A stretch of DNA of 64,000 nt from a bacterium (Candidatus Blackallbacteria) CG13_big_fil_rev_8_21_14_2_50_49_14 (GTDB lineage: Bacteria; Cyanobacteriota; Sericytochromatia; UBA7694), in the NCBI GenBank assembly GCA_002783405.1, contig PFGG01000074.1, positions 20,542 to 84,541 of the forward strand, written 5' to 3'. Positions 16,694-25,106 of this stretch are shown piece after piece (the first letter of the stretch is position 1; each line of letters starts with the position of its first letter). The translations under genes and the position numbers were made by a program. The notes beneath the pieces are model-generated. The model worked only from the letters and a program-made list of their open reading frames with translations, ran no database searches and was not told the DNA's origin.

Positions 16694-17755
16694 GTGACCG
16701 TATTTTCTCAGACAAAGCCCTTGCTTGCTTCGGAGCTAGAGGCACATTTAAGGCGTCTTCGGCCTGGATTTGAGCCTGTATCTGCGCCTGTGGCCTTAAA
16801 GGGCGGGTACCTGAACTATGTCTGGCGATTGCAAGGGGAATCGGAAAGCTGGATAGCCAAACAGGCGCTGCCTTTTTTTGCAGCATTTCCTGAACAGGCT
16901 TTGTCTCCTACCCGTTTGTGGTTTGAAGTTCGGGCCCTTGAGGTCTTGGGGCCCATGGGGGCATTGGTTGAATTGCGCACAGAAACTGTTCGGGCTCCAC
17001 AATTATTGGCTTTTGAACCTGAATATTCTCTGCTTTGGATGGAAGATATTGGCTCTGGCCCGGATTTATATCATTGGTTGATGCAGATTCCCTGTCTGGA
17101 AAGGATTGCACATCGGGCACAAGAATTGGCTCTATTTTTGGCGGATCTTCATGCTTACAGTTCTTCCCATAGACGCTTGGCCGAGGATTTTTACAATTTT
17201 GAGGTTCAAGCAACCCGTCTGAGAGTTCAGTATGATTTGGCCGCCTGGCTGCCACAAAACCTGTATGAAGATCGCGTTTATACAGAATTGCGGCAAGCTG
17301 TTTATGCTTTGGGAGAGCAGTTATTAAAACCTGGAAAATGCCTGATCATGGGTGATCTCTGGCCCGCTTCAATCTGTATGACTGAACAGGGGATTCGTCT
17401 GCTTGATTGGGAATTTGTGCATTGGGGCCAACCGGCTCAAGATCTGGGGCATTTTATGGCCCATTGCTGGCTGATTTCTGAGGCGCATGCGGGTACGGCG
17501 ATTCAGGTTTGTATCGATCATTTCTGGCAGGTATTTTCTATGCATTACTGGAAGCGCATTGAAACAACCTGTCCTCAGCTTTGGCAGGAAAATGACTATG
17601 AAGCCAAGCGTATTCATGCCGGGGCTGAAATTTTAATTCGTACTGTGGGCATCTTTCAAAAATGCGGCTATTTTGCAGGCATTCCAGCACAGGATCCTCA
17701 GGTTTTGAAGGCTTTGGCTTTGGCTCAAACGCTGATTCTGGACTTTCAATCATGA
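16694..17755 (+). CDS. Phosphotransferase (APH / methylthioribose-kinase-like) family protein
   Basis: GTG at 16694 after GGGGAGG. 'GGYLNYVWRL', 'IMGDLWPASI' and 'LLDWEFVHWGQPAQDLGHF' match the APH/MtnK-like kinase core. Confidence 0.6.
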   Translation: MTVFSQTKPLLASELEAHLRRLRPGFEPVSAPVALKGGYLNYVWRLQGESESWIAKQALPFFAAFPEQALSPTRLWFEVRALEVLGPMGALVELRTETVRAPQLLAFEPEYSLLWMEDIGSGPDLYHWLMQIPCLERIAHRAQELALFLADLHAYSSSHRRLAEDFYNFEVQATRLRVQYDLAAWLPQNLYEDRVYTELRQAVYALGEQLLKPGKCLIMGDLWPASICMTEQGIRLLDWEFVHWGQPAQDLGHFMAHCWLISEAHAGTAIQVCIDHFWQVFSMHYWKRIETTCPQLWQENDYEAKRIHAGAEILIRTVGIFQKCGYFAGIPAQDPQVLKALALAQTLILDFQS

Positions 17756-17861
17756 GATTTTTTCTCTTTGTTATTTTGAAGGCAGTCTGATTGAATTCGT
17801 AGGAGTTGGTTTTATTCTGGACAGGTTTTTAGGTTCTAATTTTTTGTACTGAGGTTGAAAA

Positions 17862-18302
17862 ATGAAAAAAATATTATTGGCCCGCCCTCACCCCTTTCTT
17901 GTTCAAGAAATGAGTCAATTTCTTTTAGAAGAAGGATACTTTATTGAGCCCTTGAGGTCTTTTAGCGAATTATCTATTCAGGTCGAGAATAGTTCTGCAG
18001 TGATTATCTCTACTGCAGTCTCTGCGACTATTCAAGAAAGTGCCAGGGAGGTTTTTGCGGGCTTATATAAATACGCAATTCCTACAATCTTCGCTGGTTT
18101 ATTGGGTGTGGCTCAAGCTCGTTCATTGATTCAAGAAGCTGTCCAGGATTTTTATTCAGAACCCCTGATTGTGAGTGCAGAGAGTCAAGAGCGGGAACTC
18201 ATTGATGCTCGTCGGCCTTTTTTATTTATCTGTCGGGATGATTTAAAACATCTGGATTCACGGGCAAAAATAGCAAGATTATTATTGCGATTTATGGGGT
18301 AA
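17862..18302 (+). CDS. Hypothetical protein
   Basis: 146-aa ORF. No family recognised. Confidence 0.45.
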   Translation: MKKILLARPHPFLVQEMSQFLLEEGYFIEPLRSFSELSIQVENSSAVIISTAVSATIQESAREVFAGLYKYAIPTIFAGLLGVAQARSLIQEAVQDFYSEPLIVSAESQERELIDARRPFLFICRDDLKHLDSRAKIARLLLRFMG

Positions 18303-18304
18303 TT

Positions 18305-18547
18305 GTGAGCTTCAGATGGTTGATGGTGACTATTCATACCAAAATTCTTATCAATTCTCTTAAAATTGCCTTGGTGGTGGGTTTTGTCTTGAATCTGATC
18401 AATCAAGGGCCAGCCATATTTGCCGGTCAGACCGTTTCTTGGTGGCATATTTTATTGAATTTTTGTGTGCCTTTTTGTGTGGCAACTTACAGTGCAGCTA
18501 AAAATCAAATGGATTCGGAACAATCTTCACTCAAGTCACGTGATTGA
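18305..18547 (+). CDS. NrtS-like small membrane protein (putative nitrate/nitrite transporter family)
   Basis: 'LKIALVVGFVLNLINQGPAIFAG...LLNFCVPFCVATYSA' matches my recollection of the NrtS family. The start could be GTG 18305 or ATG 18323. Confidence 0.55.
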   Translation: MSFRWLMVTIHTKILINSLKIALVVGFVLNLINQGPAIFAGQTVSWWHILLNFCVPFCVATYSAAKNQMDSEQSSLKSRD

Positions 18548-18593
18548 ACGACAGGAGCTTAAATCTGAGCCGATTGCGCTTGGCTTTGCTGCC

Positions 18594-18926
18594 TTACGCT
18601 TTTTTTTCATGATAGGAGTTAAAAACAGTCTGCAGATACTGAATAATCTCTTTGGATTCTAGCATCGGCTGGCCATCAACCAGCAGGCAGGGGACTTGGG
18701 TTTTTCCGGTGAGTTCAATCAGTTTTTGTCGATACTGGGGATTCTCACGGGTATCTCGGTAGACCACGGGCCATTGATGTTCTTCAATCACGGCCATGAC
18801 ACGGCGGCAAAAAGGGCAGGCATCAAACTTGTACAAAACCAGTTCATCAGGTTTGAGATTCAGTACTTGCTCGGTTTTGGCGGGCTGTTTAAAAAAGGCC
18901 TGAGAGAAAAATTTTTTGGCAAACAT
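18594..18926 (-). CDS. Glutaredoxin-family protein
   Basis: 'YKFDACPFCRRV' CPFC active site and 'TQVPCLLVDGQPMLESKEIIQYL'. Confidence 0.8.
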   Translation of the reverse strand: MFAKKFFSQAFFKQPAKTEQVLNLKPDELVLYKFDACPFCRRVMAVIEEHQWPVVYRDTRENPQYRQKLIELTGKTQVPCLLVDGQPMLESKEIIQYLQTVFNSYHEKKA

Positions 18927-18983
18927 GTTATTACTCCAAGAGAAGTGTTAATTTGAGTATAGGTGTAGCCCTGATTGCTATTC

Positions 18984-18999
18984 TGTCATTCAGTTGACA
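18984..18999. promoter_or_regulatory. CRP-type palindrome TGTCA-TTCAGT-TGACA
   Basis: Perfect 5+5 match in the divergent region between the glutaredoxin gene (start 18926) and the cyclase gene (start 19058). Confidence 0.55.
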
Positions 19000-19057
19000 T
19001 TTGTTTCTTCGCGGTCTCGCAGTTGCACCACAAAAATACAGGCTAGAAAAAACTTTG

Positions 19058-20545
19058 ATGCTTGATCCTATTGCCCTCAAACAAAAATTTCAGACACTCA
19101 AACAATTTGAAGGTCTCAATCATGCGTTGATTGAGCGTCTTGAGGCTCTTTTGCCTCAGTTGGATGCTTGGGATTTGCACCGTTTAAATCCTCTGGAGCT
19201 GGCAAAAAATCACGATTTTGAATTATTGGCACTGCTGGATATTCTGATTTACGCCGTAAAAATTGGGATCTTTGATTTTTTCTGGACTCCGATTTGCCCT
19301 GGTTGTGGCGGTATTGAATATACCTCAGACAGCCTCAATGCCTTAAAAAAAGGCAGTATCCAATGCACAACCTGTGTCATGGAAATTGAATTGGATCTGG
19401 CCCAGCATATCGAAGTGGCTTTTCACTTGAATTCGGCCATGGGGGATTTCAGCCAAGAGACTTCACCTTTTTCAAGTTTTGAAAATTACCTGCGCTATTA
19501 TTTTTCGGCCTATTTGCAGCGCTCTGAAGTTCTCCAAGATTATATTCAAAGGCATTTTAAGGGCTTCCGCGTTTTAGAGCCTGATCAGCAATTGGAATTA
19601 CAATTGGAAACCCAGCCACAAACCCAGTGGCGTTTGATCAATTTGCAGTCACACTCACAGCTTGTCTTGCGAGTAGCTGATGCAGATAGCCCGACCCCTT
19701 CTCTCTCAGCGCTTCAGAGTGATTTGGTTGCCAGCGGTTTCTCTCCTTCAGAACAAATTCTTTCTGCCGGGCATACTCATTTTTGGATTAAGAACCATGA
19801 ATCCGTGGCGCGGGTGCTCACGCTTTGGACTGCAGATTTTGAGAAATTTCATCAGATTTTGAGTGAACATCCCAATGCTTATCGGCCTTTTTTGACCGCG
19901 CAAATGCTGCTCAATACCCAGTCATTTCGTGATTTGTTTAAAATTCAGGCTTTGGATCCTGATTTGCATTTGAAAATTGGCAGTCAAACCGTTCTTTTTA
20001 GCGACCTCAAAGGCTCTACTGCGATGTACGAACAAAAAGGCGACTATCAGGCTTATCAGTGGGTGCAGCGACATTTTCATGCTCTGACGGAGAGCACGCG
20101 TCAGCATGCGGGTTCAGTGGTCAAAACCATGGGAGATGCGATCATGGCCACGTTTTCGCGGCCTCAGGACGGTATTTTAGCTGCCCTTGAGATGTTGGCT
20201 CGGATTCAGTCCTTGCAGCACGAAAATTCGCCAGAGGGCATGACCTTGGGTTTAAAACTGGGCTTGCATCAAGGGCCTGTACTGGCTGTCAATGCCAATG
20301 ACCGTCTGGATTATTTTGGCCAAACGGTCAATCTCGCGGCACGGGTTCAGGGCTTGGCAGAAGCCGGGGAGCTGTGGCTCAGTGAGAGCATGATAGACCT
20401 TGCAAAACCTTTGCTGCAACAGGCTCATTTTCAATGGGAACGGCGTGAGGCCAATCTCAAAGGCATTACCGAGAAAACGGTGGTGTATCGCTGCTGGCCG
20501 GTCGAACCTTTAACGATTTCCAGACAGGCCAGCGTTCGATTTTGA
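19058..20545 (+). CDS. Class III adenylate/guanylate cyclase with an N-terminal Cys-rich sensor-like domain
   Basis: 'VLFSDLKGSTAMYE', 'KTMGDAIMATF' and 'GQTVNLAARVQ'. N-terminal 'CPGCGG...CTTC' zinc-ribbon-like pairs. ATG at 19058. Confidence 0.85.
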   Translation: MLDPIALKQKFQTLKQFEGLNHALIERLEALLPQLDAWDLHRLNPLELAKNHDFELLALLDILIYAVKIGIFDFFWTPICPGCGGIEYTSDSLNALKKGSIQCTTCVMEIELDLAQHIEVAFHLNSAMGDFSQETSPFSSFENYLRYYFSAYLQRSEVLQDYIQRHFKGFRVLEPDQQLELQLETQPQTQWRLINLQSHSQLVLRVADADSPTPSLSALQSDLVASGFSPSEQILSAGHTHFWIKNHESVARVLTLWTADFEKFHQILSEHPNAYRPFLTAQMLLNTQSFRDLFKIQALDPDLHLKIGSQTVLFSDLKGSTAMYEQKGDYQAYQWVQRHFHALTESTRQHAGSVVKTMGDAIMATFSRPQDGILAALEMLARIQSLQHENSPEGMTLGLKLGLHQGPVLAVNANDRLDYFGQTVNLAARVQGLAEAGELWLSESMIDLAKPLLQQAHFQWERREANLKGITEKTVVYRCWPVEPLTISRQASVRF

Positions 20546-20733
20546 GATCCGGATAGGGTTTGATTCGCTGTTGTCTTTCCAGGGCTTGTTCTAAATCTTC
20601 AATCATGCGGGGCAAAGGCAAGAACCGAACTGCCCAGCCTGGGGATCTGCGCTGTCAGCCTCTTGCTTTTGCAGATTTGGCGGGTCGTCTGGTTGAGCTT
20701 GGTGGCGGCGTGTCTGGGGTGGATGTGGTGTCG

Positions 20734-21066
20734 CTAATACAAGCAGGCATCCAACAGGGCTAAGACTTCGTTTAAAACCGCAAGCGGGGCACGTTTAATT
20801 CGTTTCGCCTCACGTATTTTGTAATCAACAGATTTGACTTGTTCGACCATAATATATCCTGTCAGCCCTGTATCGGCAGGAATAGCCACATGAAAGGGAA
20901 AATTCCGAAAAGTGTTGGTAATGGGGCAAACCAAGGCCAGGCCTGTGTGCTTGTTAAACAAGGTATTGCTGACGACCAGAGCCGGACGTCGTCCCCTTTG
21001 CTCATGGCCCGCTTGAGGATCAAAGGTCAGATAAATAAAATCGCCTTTTTGCGGGATATCAGCCAT
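20734..21066 (-). CDS. mazF: MazF/PemK-family toxin endoribonuclease
   Basis: 'GDFIYLTFDPQAGHEQRGRRPALVVS' and 'LVCPITN'. The start 'MADIPQ' overlaps the mazE stop (TAATG). Confidence 0.8.
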   Translation of the reverse strand: MADIPQKGDFIYLTFDPQAGHEQRGRRPALVVSNTLFNKHTGLALVCPITNTFRNFPFHVAIPADTGLTGYIMVEQVKSVDYKIREAKRIKRAPLAVLNEVLALLDACLY

Positions 21067-21314
21067 TACCAGACCTCTTTCCCTGCTGCTTGCCCCCAAT
21101 TTTCTTCCTGAACCTGGTAATTGGCGGGAATTTCCCGCACCAGTGCCTTTAAACTGTATTTGCCCCGAATCTGCGTTACAGGTTCAATCACAATCCGTCC
21201 TTGTTCAACTGAAACTTCGACTTCATCTCCCACATCCAAGTGCAGGCTGGATAAGATTTCTTTGGAAAGACGCAGCCCTTGACTGTTTCCCCATTTCTGC
21301 AATTTGGTCAGCAT
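21066..21314 (-). CDS. mazE: MazE/AbrB-fold antitoxin
   Basis: 'KLQKWGNSQGLRLSKEIL...VGDEVEVSVEQGRIVIEP' is a SpoVT/AbrB swapped-hairpin motif. Confidence 0.8.
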   Translation of the reverse strand: MLTKLQKWGNSQGLRLSKEILSSLHLDVGDEVEVSVEQGRIVIEPVTQIRGKYSLKALVREIPANYQVQEENWGQAAGKEVW

Positions 21315-21327
21315 AAAACACCGCTTT

Positions 21328-21353
21328 CAAAGTATATCCAAAGTATATACTTT
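21328..21353. promoter_or_regulatory. Candidate mazEF operator: CAAAGTATAT direct repeat containing the 14-bp palindrome AAAGTATATACTTT
   Basis: Read directly, 14-39 bp upstream of the mazE ATG. Confidence 0.4.
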
Positions 21354-21408
21354 ACTTGGGATTGGATCAAGCCTTAAATCGGATAGAGCCTTGTAGACCT
21401 ATTGAGGC

Positions 21409-21441
21409 AAAAAAAAGCGCTGCCGAAGGGAGAGGCAGCGC
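21409..21441 (-). terminator. Rho-independent terminator of the cytochrome c operon
   Basis: GCGCTGCC/GGCAGCGC 8-bp stem with an A8 run on the plus strand, i.e. a U8 tail on the minus strand. Confidence 0.6.
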
Positions 21442-21466
21442 CGATCAAGTGAATACAGAGCGAGAA

Positions 21467-21841
21467 CTATTTTTTTAAGGTGTGAATATACGCCACCACA
21501 TCCTGAAGCTGGGTTGGGTTTAGGGTTCCTTCCCAGGCTGGCATTGGAGATTTTCCTTTTTTAATAAAAGCAATCAACTCAGCGTCATTTTTGGCATATA
21601 AAAATTTGCCGATACTGAAATCACGGGGTTTGGGAGTGAGTGCTTTGCCCACGGGCCCATCGGCTTTACCGGTATTGCCATGACAGGTGGCGCAGCGTTG
21701 CATGTAGACCTTTTTTCCGGCTTTGGCATTGCCTGCTGCGGCTTCAGCCTGTGGTGCTGAGCCATTGAACAACATCAGGCCTCCCGTCAAAACTGCCATT
21801 CCCAAACTGACCTGTAAAGTTTTTTTCCAAAACATTTTCAT
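21467..21841 (-). CDS. Secreted class I c-type cytochrome
   Basis: Signal peptide, 'CATCHG' haem site and distal 'SPMPAW'. Confidence 0.8.
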   Translation of the reverse strand: MKMFWKKTLQVSLGMAVLTGGLMLFNGSAPQAEAAAGNAKAGKKVYMQRCATCHGNTGKADGPVGKALTPKPRDFSIGKFLYAKNDAELIAFIKKGKSPMPAWEGTLNPTQLQDVVAYIHTLKK

Positions 21842-21858
21842 AGGTTTACTTCCTTTCC

Positions 21859-23706
21859 TTAATTAAGAGCGACTGTAATACTTTGGGCGGTAACGGGAGC
21901 CGTGCCAAACATACCCCCAGCAAACATGGGGTTGGGGGTTCCGTCTTCATCGCTGTCCCGCATCCCGATTATCATTTCCATGCGTTTCTCTTCGGGCATG
22001 CGCATCAACTGACTCATTTGAACAGTCATTTTGACCATTTCAAATTCATCTTCAGGCATCATCTCACCGGTTTCGCCCATCTCAGCCAATTGCAGACCTT
22101 GACCATCTTCGCGTTTGACACTGTGTTCAAAGAACTTACTCATATATGCCACAAGTTCTTTGCGGGTTGTGCCGTCACTTTGTAAGGCCAGTTCACGCAG
22201 CGCACCCAAGGTTGCGGCGATGCTTTGAGCGTTGAGCGTGGTTTCGTCCTTGTCGGAATCCAGAGCTTTAAAGATCTGAGCATCTTCGGCCCAGAAATAT
22301 TTTTTGAGGGCCTCGTAACCTCTTTGGGCTGCCAATTGGTATACCTTTTTGCCTGTTGCTTGGTGAGCCAAAGTTAGGGCTTTGATGGCAAAGCCTTGGG
22401 CCTCCAGCGTAAATGCACCACTTTCAGGTCTTTGTTGTCCCAAATGAAAAGCTGTATAAAAGCGCCCATCGGGGGTTTGCAGTTTGTTTATGAGAAAATC
22501 TGCCTGGGCAGTTAAAAACTGGGTGCCCATTTGCTTGAGCATGGGATCGTCATGAAAGGCTTTGATACTGTTTTCCAAGGCTGAAATCAACATGCCAGAA
22601 CTGGCGGTTGAAACCCGGCTGTCTTGGTGACCGGGGCTGGCCTGATCTACAAAAACCATGTTTTTGCTGTCTTGGTGCATGGCCATCAGATTTTTTAAGA
22701 GTACTGCAGAAACCCCTTTTGCAAGCATATGGGGCATGGTCGGGAAGAGGGCTCCCTGAGCTTCTTCGCCAAAGACCGAATCAAAACTGTCTTTGACGAG
22801 CGGATCTGAGTAAAAATAAAATTCACTGGCAGCCCAGAGCAATGAGGCCTGATCAAAGAGCCGAGAATGGGCATCTCTGACTTTAAATCCCGTCAACATC
22901 GCGGGCATGCCCGGCATACTGCTCTGCAGCTGGGGCTCTACGGCGTGAGGGAAGTAGCGCAGGCCTTTCATGGGATCATAGTTCATTGGGTCAACAGGGG
23001 TAAATTTGCGGCCATCAAAGGCCAATTGATCTTTTAAAGACATCAGGGCGTTTAAACTGGCAGCAGTCAAAACCCCCCCCCGAAAACCATCCATTTCTGT
23101 TCGTCCGAGTTGATTGCCCCGGTGGGCACTGAAAAAATCTTCCGACCACAGAATCTGTTTCATGACCGTCTGTCCCAGGGCATCCATTTTGATCTGGGTA
23201 TCAAAACTCTGAGGGTTCCAACGCAGGGTTTCGGCATCAAAGGGGTTGATACTGTGGGTGAACTGAGGTGTGCCGCCTGCAAAAGGTAAATAGGTGGGAT
23301 ACATATTCTTGGGCATGTCTTTGAGACCTGAACGCATCATGAACTGTTTGACCTTCGATACCATAAAGTCTTTGGGGGTGGGAAACAGGGCTTTGTTTTG
23401 ATTCGATATCATCACACCCACGGGCCCATTGACCAGATGCACCCCCATGCCCGACATCATTGACAGATTGCCCAGATTGTAAAGTGAATACCAGTAGGAA
23501 TCGGTATCAATTGCTGAACCCAGTGATTTATACGGCAGGCCACAGGAAAAAACTTTGATCTCTTCATTGGCCAGATACATGGCTTGGGCTGTGTCAAAAT
23601 GTTCGTTTCTTTCGGCATGGGCCGCCTGTGTCAAAACCGGGGTCTGAAGCAGAACAGAAGCTGCCATGATCGAAAATAAACTTTGTTTAATTCCTTTAAA
23701 TTTCAT
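21859..23706 (-). CDS. Secreted Met-rich protein of unknown family (possible alpha/alpha-toroid core)
   Basis: Signal peptide 'SIMAASVLLQTPVLTQAAHA'. 13 Met in about 60 residues near the C-terminus. Lies 17 nt upstream of the cytochrome c gene. Confidence 0.6.
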   Translation of the reverse strand: MKFKGIKQSLFSIMAASVLLQTPVLTQAAHAERNEHFDTAQAMYLANEEIKVFSCGLPYKSLGSAIDTDSYWYSLYNLGNLSMMSGMGVHLVNGPVGVMISNQNKALFPTPKDFMVSKVKQFMMRSGLKDMPKNMYPTYLPFAGGTPQFTHSINPFDAETLRWNPQSFDTQIKMDALGQTVMKQILWSEDFFSAHRGNQLGRTEMDGFRGGVLTAASLNALMSLKDQLAFDGRKFTPVDPMNYDPMKGLRYFPHAVEPQLQSSMPGMPAMLTGFKVRDAHSRLFDQASLLWAASEFYFYSDPLVKDSFDSVFGEEAQGALFPTMPHMLAKGVSAVLLKNLMAMHQDSKNMVFVDQASPGHQDSRVSTASSGMLISALENSIKAFHDDPMLKQMGTQFLTAQADFLINKLQTPDGRFYTAFHLGQQRPESGAFTLEAQGFAIKALTLAHQATGKKVYQLAAQRGYEALKKYFWAEDAQIFKALDSDKDETTLNAQSIAATLGALRELALQSDGTTRKELVAYMSKFFEHSVKREDGQGLQLAEMGETGEMMPEDEFEMVKMTVQMSQLMRMPEEKRMEMIIGMRDSDEDGTPNPMFAGGMFGTAPVTAQSITVALN

Positions 23707-23776
23707 CTTTATTTCTTCCTTTTTAGCAAAATAATTGATTTATACTGCTATTATCACCTTGCTTAAATTAAAAATC

Positions 23777-23792
23777 TGTCAAGTAAGTGACA
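23777..23792. promoter_or_regulatory. CRP-type palindrome TGTCA-AGTAAG-TGACA
   Basis: Perfect 5+5 match, 71 bp upstream of the Met-rich protein ATG. Confidence 0.55.
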
Positions 23793-23811
23793 ATGGTAAG
23801 AAATTGAAGAA

Positions 23812-24221
23812 TTATTTTGTGTAAAAACGAATTTCCCGCGCCCCGGTATTTCCGCCACTGCTGCTCACTGTCTCAATTTTGATACTTGTGATATTGAGAC
23901 TGGAATTTAAAGCAAACAGATAAGTTTGGCTGGGGTCTGGGCTTAAAAAAGGCCCCAAAACCTGTTCTCCCTCATTTAAAATCAACCGAGTGGCTCAGCC
24001 TTTGGGGCTGTTTAAAACGCAGGCTGACAAAGGCTTTGTTACCGTCTCCCTGACTTGACCATTCCGTGGCCATGCTGTCATCAAAGGCCTTGTGGATACC
24101 GAAAGTTCCATTAAAATCATCCCCACCAAAAATTGGCTGATGGCTGAGAAACAGGCAATTGGCAGGCCGAGAGCGTCAGGACTCCTGATAAAAGGCCACC
24201 CATCAGTAGCGGTTTATACAT
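23812..24221 (-). pseudogene. Lipoprotein with a discoidin/galactose-binding-like domain, split by two +1 frame changes
   Basis: Frame a reads 'MYKPLLMGGLLSGVLTLSACQ...'. Frame b reads 'DDFNGTFGIHKAFDDSMATEWSSQGDGNKAFVSLRFKQPQRLSHSVDF'. Frame c reads 'LNEGEQVLGPF...SIKIETVSSSGGNTGAREIRFYTK'. Both junctions lie at T/A homopolymer runs. Confidence 0.5.
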
Positions 24222-24222
24222 G

Positions 24223-25098
24223 TCATGAATCCTTTGGGTTTAAAATACGATGCTGTTTTAGAATGTTGAGAAAAACCTGAGGTTCGGGCCGAACCCGGTA
24301 ATTATCAGCAATTTCCACAAATTGTACAATTCCAGCGGCATCAAGAATGATCAGGGTTGGCAAGACAGTGTCTTTATCATAACCCAGGGTTTGCATGCCT
24401 GTGGGAAGGCCCCAGGCATGAAAAATATCCAGTTTTTGGGCCATCGCCCCCTGGGGGTCTGACAAAAACTGCATGGGCACTGAAAATTTCTCTGCCAAAG
24501 CTTGGCTGTGGGCCTGATCTTGCGGGCTGATCAGCACGATTTGAACACCCCATTCGCTCAATTCCCGATATTGTTTAGCTACCTCCCGAATTTGGGCCAT
24601 ACACAGCGGGCACCAATTGCCCCGGTAAAACAAAATCAAAGTGGGTTTTCCCAACCAGTCTGAAGATTTTACAGGCTGTGCCTGCAAATCTGTAAAAACC
24701 ATCTCAGGCAGGGGTTGACCGATCTTTAAGGGGGTATTTTCAGGCTTTTGCAGCCGAGAATACCAATAGACATACAAAAACCAGCTTCCCCCTACCAGTC
24801 CTAATCCGAGCAAAGGTCCGAGCAATTGAATCTCTTCGAACCCCCAAGCCCACGTACCCAAGCCAAGAGCAAGCAGCTCGAAAAGGCTCCAACTGCTTAA
24901 ATTGGGTTGGGTGCGGGCGCGCTTGAAGACAAACAGTGAGCCAATAAAGAGGAACCCCAGCGTTGTCGCACTGAACAAACTCCACCAGAATACAGAGCGA
25001 AACCCTGACTGAAAAAGCTCAGCCGTGCTGTCATACAGAAAAAAAGCCAGTGCCGTCATCCAGACAGGAATAAACAAAGATTTGAGCATATTCATCAC
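24223..25098 (-). CDS. Membrane-anchored peroxiredoxin-like (AhpC/TSA, redoxin) protein
   Basis: About 4 N-terminal TM helices, then 'GKPTLILFYRGNWCPLCMAQIREV'. Confidence 0.75.
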   Translation of the reverse strand: MMNMLKSLFIPVWMTALAFFLYDSTAELFQSGFRSVFWWSLFSATTLGFLFIGSLFVFKRARTQPNLSSWSLFELLALGLGTWAWGFEEIQLLGPLLGLGLVGGSWFLYVYWYSRLQKPENTPLKIGQPLPEMVFTDLQAQPVKSSDWLGKPTLILFYRGNWCPLCMAQIREVAKQYRELSEWGVQIVLISPQDQAHSQALAEKFSVPMQFLSDPQGAMAQKLDIFHAWGLPTGMQTLGYDKDTVLPTLIILDAAGIVQFVEIADNYRVRPEPQVFLNILKQHRILNPKDS

Positions 25099-25106
25099 TC
25101 CAGGGG

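Noticed and set aside
20560-20763. 67-aa plus-strand ORF between the cyclase gene and mazF
   Set aside because: It overlaps the mazF 3' end, has no SD sequence and is Arg/Cys-rich and motif-less. The region may be a remnant, but I cannot support a gene.
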